A stretch of DNA of 64,000 bases, taken from positions 2,868-66,867 of the forward strand of contig CALXKU010000013.1 in assembly GCA_944389025.1 (NCBI GenBank), read 5' to 3'. Shown in pieces: positions 56,520 to 64,000 of this stretch. The translations under genes were made by a program, and so were the position numbers. Origin of the DNA: an uncultured Spirochaetaceae bacterium (GTDB lineage: Bacteria > Spirochaetota > Spirochaetia > Sphaerochaetales > Sphaerochaetaceae). The notes under the pieces were generated by a model. That model did no database searches. It was not told the origin of the DNA and saw only the letters and a program-made list of their open reading frames with translations. Numbering within the stretch: the first letter of the stretch is position 1; each line of letters begins with the position of its first letter.

Positions 56520-58661
56520 TCACCTGTAAGCGACAGCCAGAATCTCATCATCCTCTGTAAGATACTCGGTCTCCATCTGCAGGAGAGAGAGCACCTGATC
56601 GGCCGTCTGCAGACTTGACAGATCCAGCACTTTCTCCCTGTAGAAGGTGAAAATACGGGGTATGCTGGCGTTCGCATCCGAATAAGTTGTGTTCTCATCC
56701 ATGAACGCCTTGAAAACTGTCTGTATCTGATTTTTACAGAACCGGGTGCATTGAGCTCCTGTTTTTCTAAGGCGCACCGTTCCTTCCCTGTCTATTACAC
56801 AAAGACTTGTACGCTTCTGCTTAAGCAGGCCGAAAAGCACCTTCTTCGTCTCTTCACCACAAAATATGCGCCACCGTCCCGTCTGCTGGACCAGACTGAC
56901 CTGCTCCGGCTCAAGATTCAGCGACTTGGCCGCAATAGCCGAAAGCTCATCAAGAGCAAGCTCTTTAGCTGTCAGATTCTTCTGTCTCAGCTCCGTTGCA
57001 CCTGTCGCTATAGCACGAAGGAGATTTTTCTGCATATCGACCTCAATAGTCACATCGACAGTCGCTTCGTTCGCACCGGAACGGACGATTTTCTCGATAA
57101 CCTCCTCCCTGATACGCTTTATATCATCCTCCCCAGGCGAGACGACCGTACGTTCCACCTGCTCTCTGACCATCGCAAGAGCAACACCGATGGTAGAGAT
57201 GTATGGGGCGTTCTTTGCTATCCTTGCGGTGAATTTCATATCCTCTGCAAGGGCATATGTGACGACAGAACCGCTTCCACCGCCACCTACGAGAGTGATG
57301 AAATTCCTATCAAGCTCATAATCGGCAATCAGGTCTTCTATCACGGGCTTGAGTGTTTTTATCGCCTGGCCCATCACCTCTTTCGCGGCCTCCTCGGCAC
57401 TGATTCCAAGGTAAGCGCCGAAAACTTCCCATGCGCTGCGGTTTGAACTCTGAGAGCCATACGCATAATCCCCTTTTGGCACGTAGCCAAGAAGGTTCGC
57501 GGCTCCAGCAAGAGTAAGGGAGTAGACATCACCGTCTTTCGTACGGATGCTGACGTATTCGCACGGATCATCCCGCCTTGGGCTGATAAGCTCTATGCTG
57601 CCACCAGAGAAATCCACATCAGAAAAGCATTCATATCTCAACCCTGCGATATGGGCGCTCCTTGGTCCCACGCTTGAAACGGTCCTGCCTGAGGAATCCA
57701 TTCTTATCATGCTACCACCCGCGATTGCCAGAGTGCGCACATCAAGGGACTGCAGATACGTCTTATGACCTCCGACCTGGGCGTATTTTATCATGACCTT
57801 GCCGTTCTTTATCACGGAAATATCGATACTCGTTCCGCCAACCTCAAGGAAGATTCCATCGGAGACTTTTTCATACATGAGAGCGCCGGCCACTCCGGCA
57901 GCAAGGCCCGAGAGCATGGTAAGGATTGGACGCTTACGAACCTCGTTTATGCTCATTACGCCACCATCACACCTCATGATCATCAGATCCGTCTTGATAT
58001 TCGTCTCTCTCACGGCGGATTCGGTCATATTGGCAGTCTCTATCATCTTCGGGATGAGACTGGCATTGACAACAGCAGTTCGGGTTCTCATCTTAAGCCC
58101 GTAAAGCTGTGATATCTCATGCCCGCATGTTGCGTACATGCCTTTATCCACAGCTCTGCCTGCAACCAGCAACTCATTGGCGTTATTGTCCACGCCATAT
58201 GCCTCTGAAGCGACGATGACCTCCGCACCGCTTTCCCTCAGTCCATCTATTGCTGAATCTATCAGCTCTGGGGATAGCTCCTTGGAATCGATGAATCTGT
58301 GATAGCTTTTCAGATATTTTCCCTGGGCAAGCTCTATATCTCCTATCTGCGTCTCACTGCGGGCACTTCTTGAATCGAATCCCGTTCCCATTCCGATTAT
58401 TCCAACGGATGCGACATCTCCCTCAAGAAGAGCATTCGTAGCCTGCGTGGTTCCATGTGCGATGAACGTCACATCCTCTGGAGCGATACCATTCTCATTA
58501 ACAAGATCTGAGATGATACGCACGACACCGACTGCTACACCTTCTTCATGCGTGGTTGGAATCTTCTTCTTTGCAATGATCTCATATGTGTCATTGTCCA
58601 GGATTACAGCGTCTGTGAATGTACCGCCCACATCTATACCGATACGTACTTGCTTACCCAT
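56520..58661 (-). CDS. hydantoinase/oxoprolinase A-type (HyuA-like) ATPase
   Basis: IGIDVGGTFTD N-terminal hallmark, ASKHA-fold repeats (GGT..D, GGGGS). 713-aa length typical of HyuA. Confidence 0.8.
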   Translation of the reverse strand: MGKQVRIGIDVGGTFTDAVILDNDTYEIIAKKKIPTTHEEGVAVGVVRIISDLVNENGIAPEDVTFIAHGTTQATNALLEGDVASVGIIGMGTGFDSRSARSETQIGDIELAQGKYLKSYHRFIDSKELSPELIDSAIDGLRESGAEVIVASEAYGVDNNANELLVAGRAVDKGMYATCGHEISQLYGLKMRTRTAVVNASLIPKMIETANMTESAVRETNIKTDLMIMRCDGGVMSINEVRKRPILTMLSGLAAGVAGALMYEKVSDGIFLEVGGTSIDISVIKNGKVMIKYAQVGGHKTYLQSLDVRTLAIAGGSMIRMDSSGRTVSSVGPRSAHIAGLRYECFSDVDFSGGSIELISPRRDDPCEYVSIRTKDGDVYSLTLAGAANLLGYVPKGDYAYGSQSSNRSAWEVFGAYLGISAEEAAKEVMGQAIKTLKPVIEDLIADYELDRNFITLVGGGGSGSVVTYALAEDMKFTARIAKNAPYISTIGVALAMVREQVERTVVSPGEDDIKRIREEVIEKIVRSGANEATVDVTIEVDMQKNLLRAIATGATELRQKNLTAKELALDELSAIAAKSLNLEPEQVSLVQQTGRWRIFCGEETKKVLFGLLKQKRTSLCVIDREGTVRLRKTGAQCTRFCKNQIQTVFKAFMDENTTYSDANASIPRIFTFYREKVLDLSSLQTADQVLSLLQMETEYLTEDDEILAVAYR

Positions 58662-58726
58662 AGAAACCTCACTTCAAAAGACAATGCCGGCCCCTGCCTG
58701 AAGACAACGGGGCCAGACTGTTTGAA

Positions 58727-60010
58727 TCAGAATACGATGAAACTTGCCAGAGCCAGACCTGCGAAAGTGGATGCTGCAAGCCAGAGAATCGTCTTCTTCG
58801 TATATTCATTCACATCGGTCTTTGTGAAATCGGAAACCCAGACGTTATGCGAGTTGGTAGGATCGCAGACAGCCTGCAGATTGCTGTCCATGCGGAGGGC
58901 AAGCATTGCGGCTATCGGATTCATTCCACTAGCAACGAGAAGTGCGGAGATTCCGCTTCCCAGACCGAACATGTTCAGCGGCCCACGATAGATTGCCAGA
59001 GGTGAGAGTATTCCGAAAATGAGAACATATGTGATCGGAGAACTTGGAATCATCGCTGAAATCACAGGAGAAAGGATTGCTGAAACCTGCGGAGAGAGCA
59101 CTGTCTGCAATGTCATTCCGATTCCGATGAGCAGAGCAAGCGCACCGCTGGCATCCTGCAGTCCTTCGATAAACGCACCGGAGACCACCTGAACAGCCTT
59201 CTTAGGTGTTGCAAGAATCAGAGTACAGATGATACCTATCATCGTGGCTGCCGTAATCGGAAGGTTGAATGCGAACACAAGTACGACAGGGATAAGCGGG
59301 CTAATGAGAGCAATGGTACGGACATTCTGAACACCAGTCTGCTCCGCGGCAGAAGGCATCGCCCACGCCTTTGCCCTGCTCTTGTCGTTCCTGATGAACA
59401 CGAAGAGCATGATTGCACAAACGAGGATAACAGGGATTCCGCTTACCCATGAATAAGAAGTTACAACATCCATTGTGAGACCAAGGGCGTCTCCGTAAAC
59501 AGCCAGAGTTCCAAGATGGAACGTAACACCTATGGCATTCGAGAAAAGGAGGACCAGACCACTGACAATAGGGCTGAGGCCTGTTGAGATCATGATCGGA
59601 ATGATGATCGTACCAACAAGAATAACCATTCCAAGTCCGCTTGAAGCTGAGAAAAGGATTGAACATACAATCAGGAACACGTACGCTGTCGCCATCGGCT
59701 TGTCACCGGCGAGCTCAGCGGCCTTACGTATCATCGTATGCGTGACCCCGACTTTTGTCAGAACCTTTCCGAACCACGCTCCAAAGAACAGTCCGGTCAT
59801 ACCGCTCGCCATTCTCATGGCACCACTTTCGAGAACGTTCTGCACGATCGTGAAATCTGCATCAGGATCGATGAACGGGACGCCAGCCACTGCTGCGATG
59901 GCAACAGCCATAAGTGGTAATGCCAGGATGGTTGGCAACTTGCGAGTCATCATCAGAACAACACTGACGATGAAGATCAGGAAAATAAGAATAGCCTGAA
60001 ATGTCTGCAT
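58727..60010 (-). CDS. secondary transporter, ion-transporter superfamily (GntP/CitMHS-like)
   Basis: 427 aa with about 12-13 hydrophobic segments and Gly/Pro-rich re-entrant-like loops. The family assignment is tentative. Confidence 0.6.
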   Translation of the reverse strand: MQTFQAILIFLIFIVSVVLMMTRKLPTILALPLMAVAIAAVAGVPFIDPDADFTIVQNVLESGAMRMASGMTGLFFGAWFGKVLTKVGVTHTMIRKAAELAGDKPMATAYVFLIVCSILFSASSGLGMVILVGTIIIPIMISTGLSPIVSGLVLLFSNAIGVTFHLGTLAVYGDALGLTMDVVTSYSWVSGIPVILVCAIMLFVFIRNDKSRAKAWAMPSAAEQTGVQNVRTIALISPLIPVVLVFAFNLPITAATMIGIICTLILATPKKAVQVVSGAFIEGLQDASGALALLIGIGMTLQTVLSPQVSAILSPVISAMIPSSPITYVLIFGILSPLAIYRGPLNMFGLGSGISALLVASGMNPIAAMLALRMDSNLQAVCDPTNSHNVWVSDFTKTDVNEYTKKTILWLAASTFAGLALASFIVF

Positions 60011-60295
60011 GACATATCCTCCTATGTTTTTTTGCTATGCAAGGTAATGAAAAAAATCTCCATAATTTATGAAAACTATTTCGACTTTGAACCTTTTTTA
60101 GCTTTAACCTCTGGCTAATATGCTATAATAGCTTTCACTAGCCGTCAAGTTTTTTGAAATTTTTTTTCAAAGCATAAAAGATATTCGCTTTTTAGCAGAT
60201 GTAGCATCCCACAAGGCGATGCGTTTGAATTGAAGATGGTGCCGACTTTCAGTATTATATGAAAAACAGAAAAGGAATGTGGTAAAATATTTTTC

Positions 60296-61186
60296 ATGAC
60301 TATAGAGAACGACAGAAGCGCACAGGTGAAAGTCTCGCCTGTAATATCGAAAATAATATCCATGCAGGCGAGCCTGACAGTGAGGGAAGGAGAAATCGCA
60401 CAATATGTGATCCAGCATCCGGATAAGATCATAAACAGTACAATCACGACTGTGGCGAAACACACCGGTACTTCCGAGGCGAGCATCAACCGTTTCTGCA
60501 AGAAAATCGGCTACAAGGGCTTCAACGGTTTCAAAATCGCACTTGCTCAGGAGACGTTTTACAACACCATACATGCCAGACAGGCTGAGGATCAGCCTAG
60601 CGGCCCCATTCCATCAATCATGCATGATTATGTCAACATGCTTATAAGCACATCTGCGATGCAGGATGAGGAAGTGCTCGAGAATGCGATATCCTGCCTG
60701 CAGAATGCCGAGAACATATACATATTGAGTTTCGATAACACCCTGATGGTTGCTCAAGATTTGCAATACAAGTTCGATCTCGTAGGAATCCATGCCATAG
60801 ACGTTCACATGCCAAGCAACATACAGACGTTCTGTTCCAACGTGAGTGAAAGAGATCTCATAATAGTCATTGTACCGACGATTCTTCTAAAAGATATCTA
60901 CAGGGCTGTAACTACCTGCAAGGACCGTGGAGCACATATTCTTGCGATTACAAGCTATGATTCGCCAAAGCTGGATCATATCGTGGATTTCAAGTTCGTG
61001 ACATGCGATAAGATAACGGCACAGAACTCGATCGGGCTGTCAAACAACCTGATGTTCCTCTATATTACAGACATCATCTATTGCACGCTGCTTCAGAAAA
61101 ACAGGAATCTTCAGCAGAAGAAGCTTGCCGTCGACGCGTCACTGAACGACCAGCTTCATATCGAACATTATATGCTCGAATACTGA
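60296..61186 (+). CDS. MurR/RpiR-family transcriptional regulator (HTH + SIS)
   Basis: The N-terminal HTH_6 pattern (L...E..IA.Y....P......I...A.....SEASI.RFCKK.GYKGF..FK) is followed by a SIS domain. Confidence 0.85.
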   Translation: MTIENDRSAQVKVSPVISKIISMQASLTVREGEIAQYVIQHPDKIINSTITTVAKHTGTSEASINRFCKKIGYKGFNGFKIALAQETFYNTIHARQAEDQPSGPIPSIMHDYVNMLISTSAMQDEEVLENAISCLQNAENIYILSFDNTLMVAQDLQYKFDLVGIHAIDVHMPSNIQTFCSNVSERDLIIVIVPTILLKDIYRAVTTCKDRGAHILAITSYDSPKLDHIVDFKFVTCDKITAQNSIGLSNNLMFLYITDIIYCTLLQKNRNLQQKKLAVDASLNDQLHIEHYMLEY

Positions 61187-61261
61187 TATCTCAGACATCT
61201 TTGACTTTTTCTGTTGACTTTTACAGACCGCTCCTATTTTCTTAATATTAAGGAGAAAACA

Positions 61262-62410
61262 ATGTCATACAGATTCAATCTAAATGAGACAAGCTATCAT
61301 GGCAGCGGTGCCATAAAGGAAATCGCAGCTGAAGCGAAGGGACGAGGGTTTAAAAAGGCTTTCGTCTGCTCGGATCCGGACCTCATCAAATTCAATGTCA
61401 CGAAGAAAGTCCTAGACGTGCTGGATGAAGCAGGGCTGAGCTATGAAGTATATTCAGATATCAAAGCCAATCCTACGATTGAGAATGTTCAGCACGGGGT
61501 TGACGCATTCAAGGCCAGCGGGGCTGACTATATCATCGCCATCGGCGGCGGATCCTCAATGGACACCGCAAAAGCTATTGGAATCATAATCACAAATCCG
61601 GAATTCGCAGATGTTCGTTCTCTTGAAGGGACAGCGGCGACGAAAAACCCATGCACACCGATCATAGCTGTCCCGACCACTGCTGGAACAGCTGCAGAGG
61701 TTACAATCAACTACGTGATCACCGATGTGGAGAGAAAGAGGAAGTTCGTATGCGTCGATCCTCACGACATGCCGATCATAGCCGTCGTCGATCCGGACAT
61801 GATGTCCACCATGCCTAAAGGACTCACAGCAGCCACTGGAATGGATGCTCTGACACATGCTATCGAAGGCTATACGACTAAAGGGGCTTGGGAGATGTCC
61901 GACATGTTCCATCTCAAGGCTATCGAAATCATCAGCAGAAGTCTGAGAAAGGCCGTTGCAAACGATCCTGAAGGAAGAGAAGGCATGGCACTTGGACAGT
62001 ATATCGCAGGAATGGGATTTTCCAACGTAGGGCTTGGAATCGCCCATTCTATGGCACACACCCTTGGTGCGGTATATGACACACCTCATGGAGTCGCATG
62101 TGCCATGATGCTTCCGATCGTCATGGAATTCAATCAGGAGACAACCGGAGAGAAATACAGGGAGATTGCACGTGCGATGGGAGTTAAGAATGTCGATACC
62201 ATGAGCCAGAGCGAATACCGTAAGGCCGCCATAGATGCGGTAAAAAAGCTCAGCGAGGATGTCGGAATTCCAAAGACCGTCGATGCGATAAAAGAGGCGG
62301 ATCTTGATTTCCTCGCACAGAGTGCTGCTGCAGACGCTTGTGCACCTGGAAACCCCAAAGAAGCATCGATTGACGATTTCAAAGCGATGTTCAGAAAAAT
62401 AATGAAATAA
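61262..62410 (+). CDS. fucO: lactaldehyde reductase / iron-containing alcohol dehydrogenase
   Basis: Long identical stretches to E. coli FucO as I recall it (NPEFADVRSLEG, PTTAGTAAEVTINYVITD, RKFVCVDPHD, DALTHAIEGY, LGQYIAGMGFSNVGLG, TPHGVA). ATG 61262 follows AAGGAG. Confidence 0.9.
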   Translation: MSYRFNLNETSYHGSGAIKEIAAEAKGRGFKKAFVCSDPDLIKFNVTKKVLDVLDEAGLSYEVYSDIKANPTIENVQHGVDAFKASGADYIIAIGGGSSMDTAKAIGIIITNPEFADVRSLEGTAATKNPCTPIIAVPTTAGTAAEVTINYVITDVERKRKFVCVDPHDMPIIAVVDPDMMSTMPKGLTAATGMDALTHAIEGYTTKGAWEMSDMFHLKAIEIISRSLRKAVANDPEGREGMALGQYIAGMGFSNVGLGIAHSMAHTLGAVYDTPHGVACAMMLPIVMEFNQETTGEKYREIARAMGVKNVDTMSQSEYRKAAIDAVKKLSEDVGIPKTVDAIKEADLDFLAQSAAADACAPGNPKEASIDDFKAMFRKIMK

Positions 62411-62417
62411 GGAAGTG

Positions 62418-62441
62418 TCAGCCTGTGGAAACTCAGGCTGA
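62418..62441 (+). terminator. terminator-like hairpin after fucO
   Basis: Perfect 8-bp stem TCAGCCTG/CAGGCTGA with an 8-nt loop, 8 nt after the stop. The downstream tail ATTCATTTCT is only moderately T-rich. Confidence 0.45.
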
Positions 62442-62471
62442 ATTCATTTCTAGTCTCTCAGAACTTATTTC

Positions 62472-62500
62472 TTGACTTATGGAAACAGGCCTCCGACAAT
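62472..62500 (+). promoter_or_regulatory. putative sigma70-type promoter of the lipoprotein gene
   Basis: TTGACT, 17 nt, then GACAAT, followed by an A8 run, GGAGG (62510-62514) and the ATG at 62523. Confidence 0.4.
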
Positions 62501-62522
62501 AAAAAAAACGGAGGACTTCCTT

Positions 62523-64000
62523 ATGATTAAACGACTCATACCCGCCCTACTCTGCCTACTGGCAATTTTCCTGCCAGCATGTACCGGGGGGGGCAACACA
62601 TCAATCCCCGGAAGCGGAACTTTACGGGTCATCATCAATGACAAAATTGACAGTCAAAGAGGAATCGAGCCGGCAAAATTAGAAGTAGACCATTATGTCA
62701 TAAGCGGCAACAGCAGAGAAGGAGCTGTACTGGGACCGGTCAGCCTCGCAAGTGGGGAAACGACAGAGGAGTTCACCCTTGAGAGTGGGAACTGGACCAT
62801 TGAAGCCGAGGCGATTGCCATTCATGATGGAGAAAACTATAGCATCGGAGGTGGAAAAAAGGACATCACCATCACGCCCGGCTCAGTCGCGCAATGCAGC
62901 ATTGTAATAGCCGAGTATTCAGAAGATGGCTCACTGCTTTTTAACCTATCAGTCACAGATGCCTCGATTACCACACTGAATGCAGAGATATACAAAGCAG
63001 ACAACACCCTTTTGAAGACACTAAATCTTGATAGAAATGAAAACGGCATCTTCACAGCAAGGGCAGATCTTACTCCGGGATTCTACCTAGTAAGAATTTG
63101 CTCATCAGAAGATACCCCTCTTTTTGATGAGACAGTCAGAATCTGGAGCAATATTGAGACGGTTTTCAAAGGAAGCTATGACGGTACAAGCTTTGACATC
63201 ACAATTGTCGACGAAATCATCAGCACACCAGAGATCCAGCTTAGCATGCCAGAAAGCGTAGCAGCCAACGGAGTGCTAAAAGCAAGTGCCCACACAAACC
63301 TCGAAGACTGCTCTTTCAGCTGGTCTATCAACGGTAAGATGATTGAAGGGGAGAAAAACTCAGAGCTTTCATACGGACTCACAGGAAACACCTACCAAAA
63401 GGGAGATGTGATCAGAGTGACTGTGTTCATTTCCCGGGGCGATATCCTATGGAGCGCCTCATCAGAACTGAGCATTACAGCGGGAATCGGCCTTCCTGAG
63501 AACGTGAATATAACATCAACAGGAGGAGTAGAACTTGATTACGGTAATGCTGTTGATTTCACATTCTCCGGAGACTTCCCCGCGGCAACAGAATTCATAT
63601 GGAAGATTAATGGCTCTGAAATAACTCCAAATGGCTATACACCATCCTCCCTCGGCAAATTAACAGTTACTCTTGTAGCGAGCTACAATGGCGAAACAAA
63701 AGAATACACTCAGGAAATGACAGTATCACCTGTGGTATCAATCTCGATTCCATCTGACAGCATTGAAGCTGGAGGGAAGCTAAATATCACCATAGAAGAG
63801 TGTCTTCCTGAAAATGCAAATTTGTTGATAATCACGAAATTCCAAGATGGGACAGAAGAAGAATACCGCATCAGCGATGGCACAATCACGATAGCTGAGG
63901 ATTCTCCGAAAGGAATGGCAACTGTCCTCTGGAAAATCATAGAGGATGGAAACACCTATGAGGGAGAAATAAAAGAAATCGAAATCACTGTGCCTACCTC
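62523..64000 (+). CDS. surface/periplasmic lipoprotein with repeated beta-rich modules, 3' end outside window
   Basis: It is absent from the ORF track because it has no stop; I translated the frame by hand and it is open to nt 64000. The product begins MIKRLIPALLCLLAIFLPAC (signal plus lipobox). The Thr/Ser/Gly/Ile-rich body has recurring W.ING..I modules. Confidence 0.7.
   Translation, partial: MIKRLIPALLCLLAIFLPACTGGGNTSIPGSGTLRVIINDKIDSQRGIEPAKLEVDHYVISGNSREGAVLGPVSLASGETTEEFTLESGNWTIEAEAIAIHDGENYSIGGGKKDITITPGSVAQCSIVIAEYSEDGSLLFNLSVTDASITTLNAEIYKADNTLLKTLNLDRNENGIFTARADLTPGFYLVRICSSEDTPLFDETVRIWSNIETVFKGSYDGTSFDITIVDEIISTPEIQLSMPESVAANGVLKASAHTNLEDCSFSWSINGKMIEGEKNSELSYGLTGNTYQKGDVIRVTVFISRGDILWSASSELSITAGIGLPENVNITSTGGVELDYGNAVDFTFSGDFPAATEFIWKINGSEITPNGYTPSSLGKLTVTLVASYNGETKEYTQEMTVSPVVSISIPSDSIEAGGKLNITIEECLPENANLLIITKFQDGTEEEYRISDGTITIAEDSPKGMATVLWKIIEDGNTYEGEIKEIEITVPT
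62586..62593 (+). repeat. G8 homopolymer inside the lipoprotein CDS (codons 22-24)
   Basis: Read directly: ACC GGG GGG GGC immediately after the lipobox Cys codon. Confidence 0.9.

Noticed and set aside
56751-57446. 231-aa and 151-aa plus-strand ORFs inside the HyuA-like gene
   Set aside because: They are antisense shadows of a gene with strong hydantoinase A hallmarks.
60145-60574. Two overlapping minus-strand ORFs (118 and 135 aa) in the permease/rpiR divergent region
   Set aside because: They overlap the 5' part of the RpiR gene, whose HTH motif is clear on the plus strand. Their translations are hydrophobic or Cys-rich without features. The region is better explained as divergent promoters plus the rpiR start.
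62491-62515. CCTCCG...CGGAGG inverted repeat that could sequester the lipoprotein RBS (riboregulator or thermometer idea)
   Set aside because: The left arm lies in the spacer of the best promoter candidate (TTGACT-17-GACAAT), so it would be upstream of the transcription start. The stem is only 6 bp with a 13-nt A-rich loop.
1-64000. CRISPR arrays, tRNA/rRNA genes, IS elements, integrases, prophage or known defence-system genes
   Set aside because: The intergenic spacers are short (the largest are 376 bp at 43472-43847 and about 285 bp at 60011-60295) and contain no direct-repeat arrays or cloverleaf-like GC-rich segments. No ORF shows DDE/tyrosine/serine recombinase, nuclease-helicase or other defence hallmarks. 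The DUF4143 ATPase at 12941 stands alone without partner genes.

Overview
64-kb chromosomal window that is almost entirely protein-coding: about 56 CDS plus 2 gene remnants. I recognised no rRNA, tRNA, CRISPR array, transposase, integrase or phage gene. All family calls come from motif recognition by eye, with no BLAST or HMM run, so treat family names as hypotheses. The host looks like a diderm anaerobe. Solute-binding proteins carry Sec-type signal peptides ending FAGG/FASG, other proteins have lipoboxes, and the window holds a polyimmunity-like island, a beta-glucuronidase and a GH130 enzyme. A spirochaete such as Treponema or Sphaerochaeta is only a guess. Layout: (1) 1-11.5 kb holds nine co-directional small-protein genes that look like polymorphic-toxin immunity or DUF families, including one 1,649-aa protein that concatenates several such modules. 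(2) 11.7-23.5 kb holds a stand-alone GMP synthase ATP-PPase subunit, an AAA/DUF4143 ATPase, beta-glucuronidase, a 1,351-aa GGDEF/PAS/GAF/EAL protein, a CheB-CheR-PAS fusion and a histidine phosphatase. (3) 23.7-29.7 kb holds an amino-acid ABC importer, a LarA-family racemase homologue, an aminotransferase and a DUF3089-like lipoprotein. (4) 29.7-43.5 kb (minus strand) holds manA, then a long peptide-uptake operon with Opp/Dpp-type BCDF, two tandemly duplicated family-5 binding proteins, a cytoplasmic S10 serine carboxypeptidase, RidA and FOUR paralogous roughly 270-aa TPR proteins of unknown function. (5) 43.8-52.9 kb (minus strand) holds trpB-trpA, then a SorC regulator, a ribose-type ABC importer, a second catalytically intact-looking TrpA paralogue, an FGGY kinase and a C_GCAxxG_C_C protein. 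(6) 53.1-53.5 kb holds two back-to-back gene remnants. (7) 53.5-62.4 kb holds an operon of permease, HyuA-like ATPase, HExxH protein, FAD oxidoreductase and GH130, divergent from rpiR-fucO. (8) From 62.5 kb to the end is a repeat-module lipoprotein gene with a G8 tract just after the lipobox. The best candidates for undescribed biology are the TPR-paralogue/peptide-import/S10 locus, the TrpA-like plus FGGY kinase import operon next to trpBA, and the giant fused immunity-like protein.
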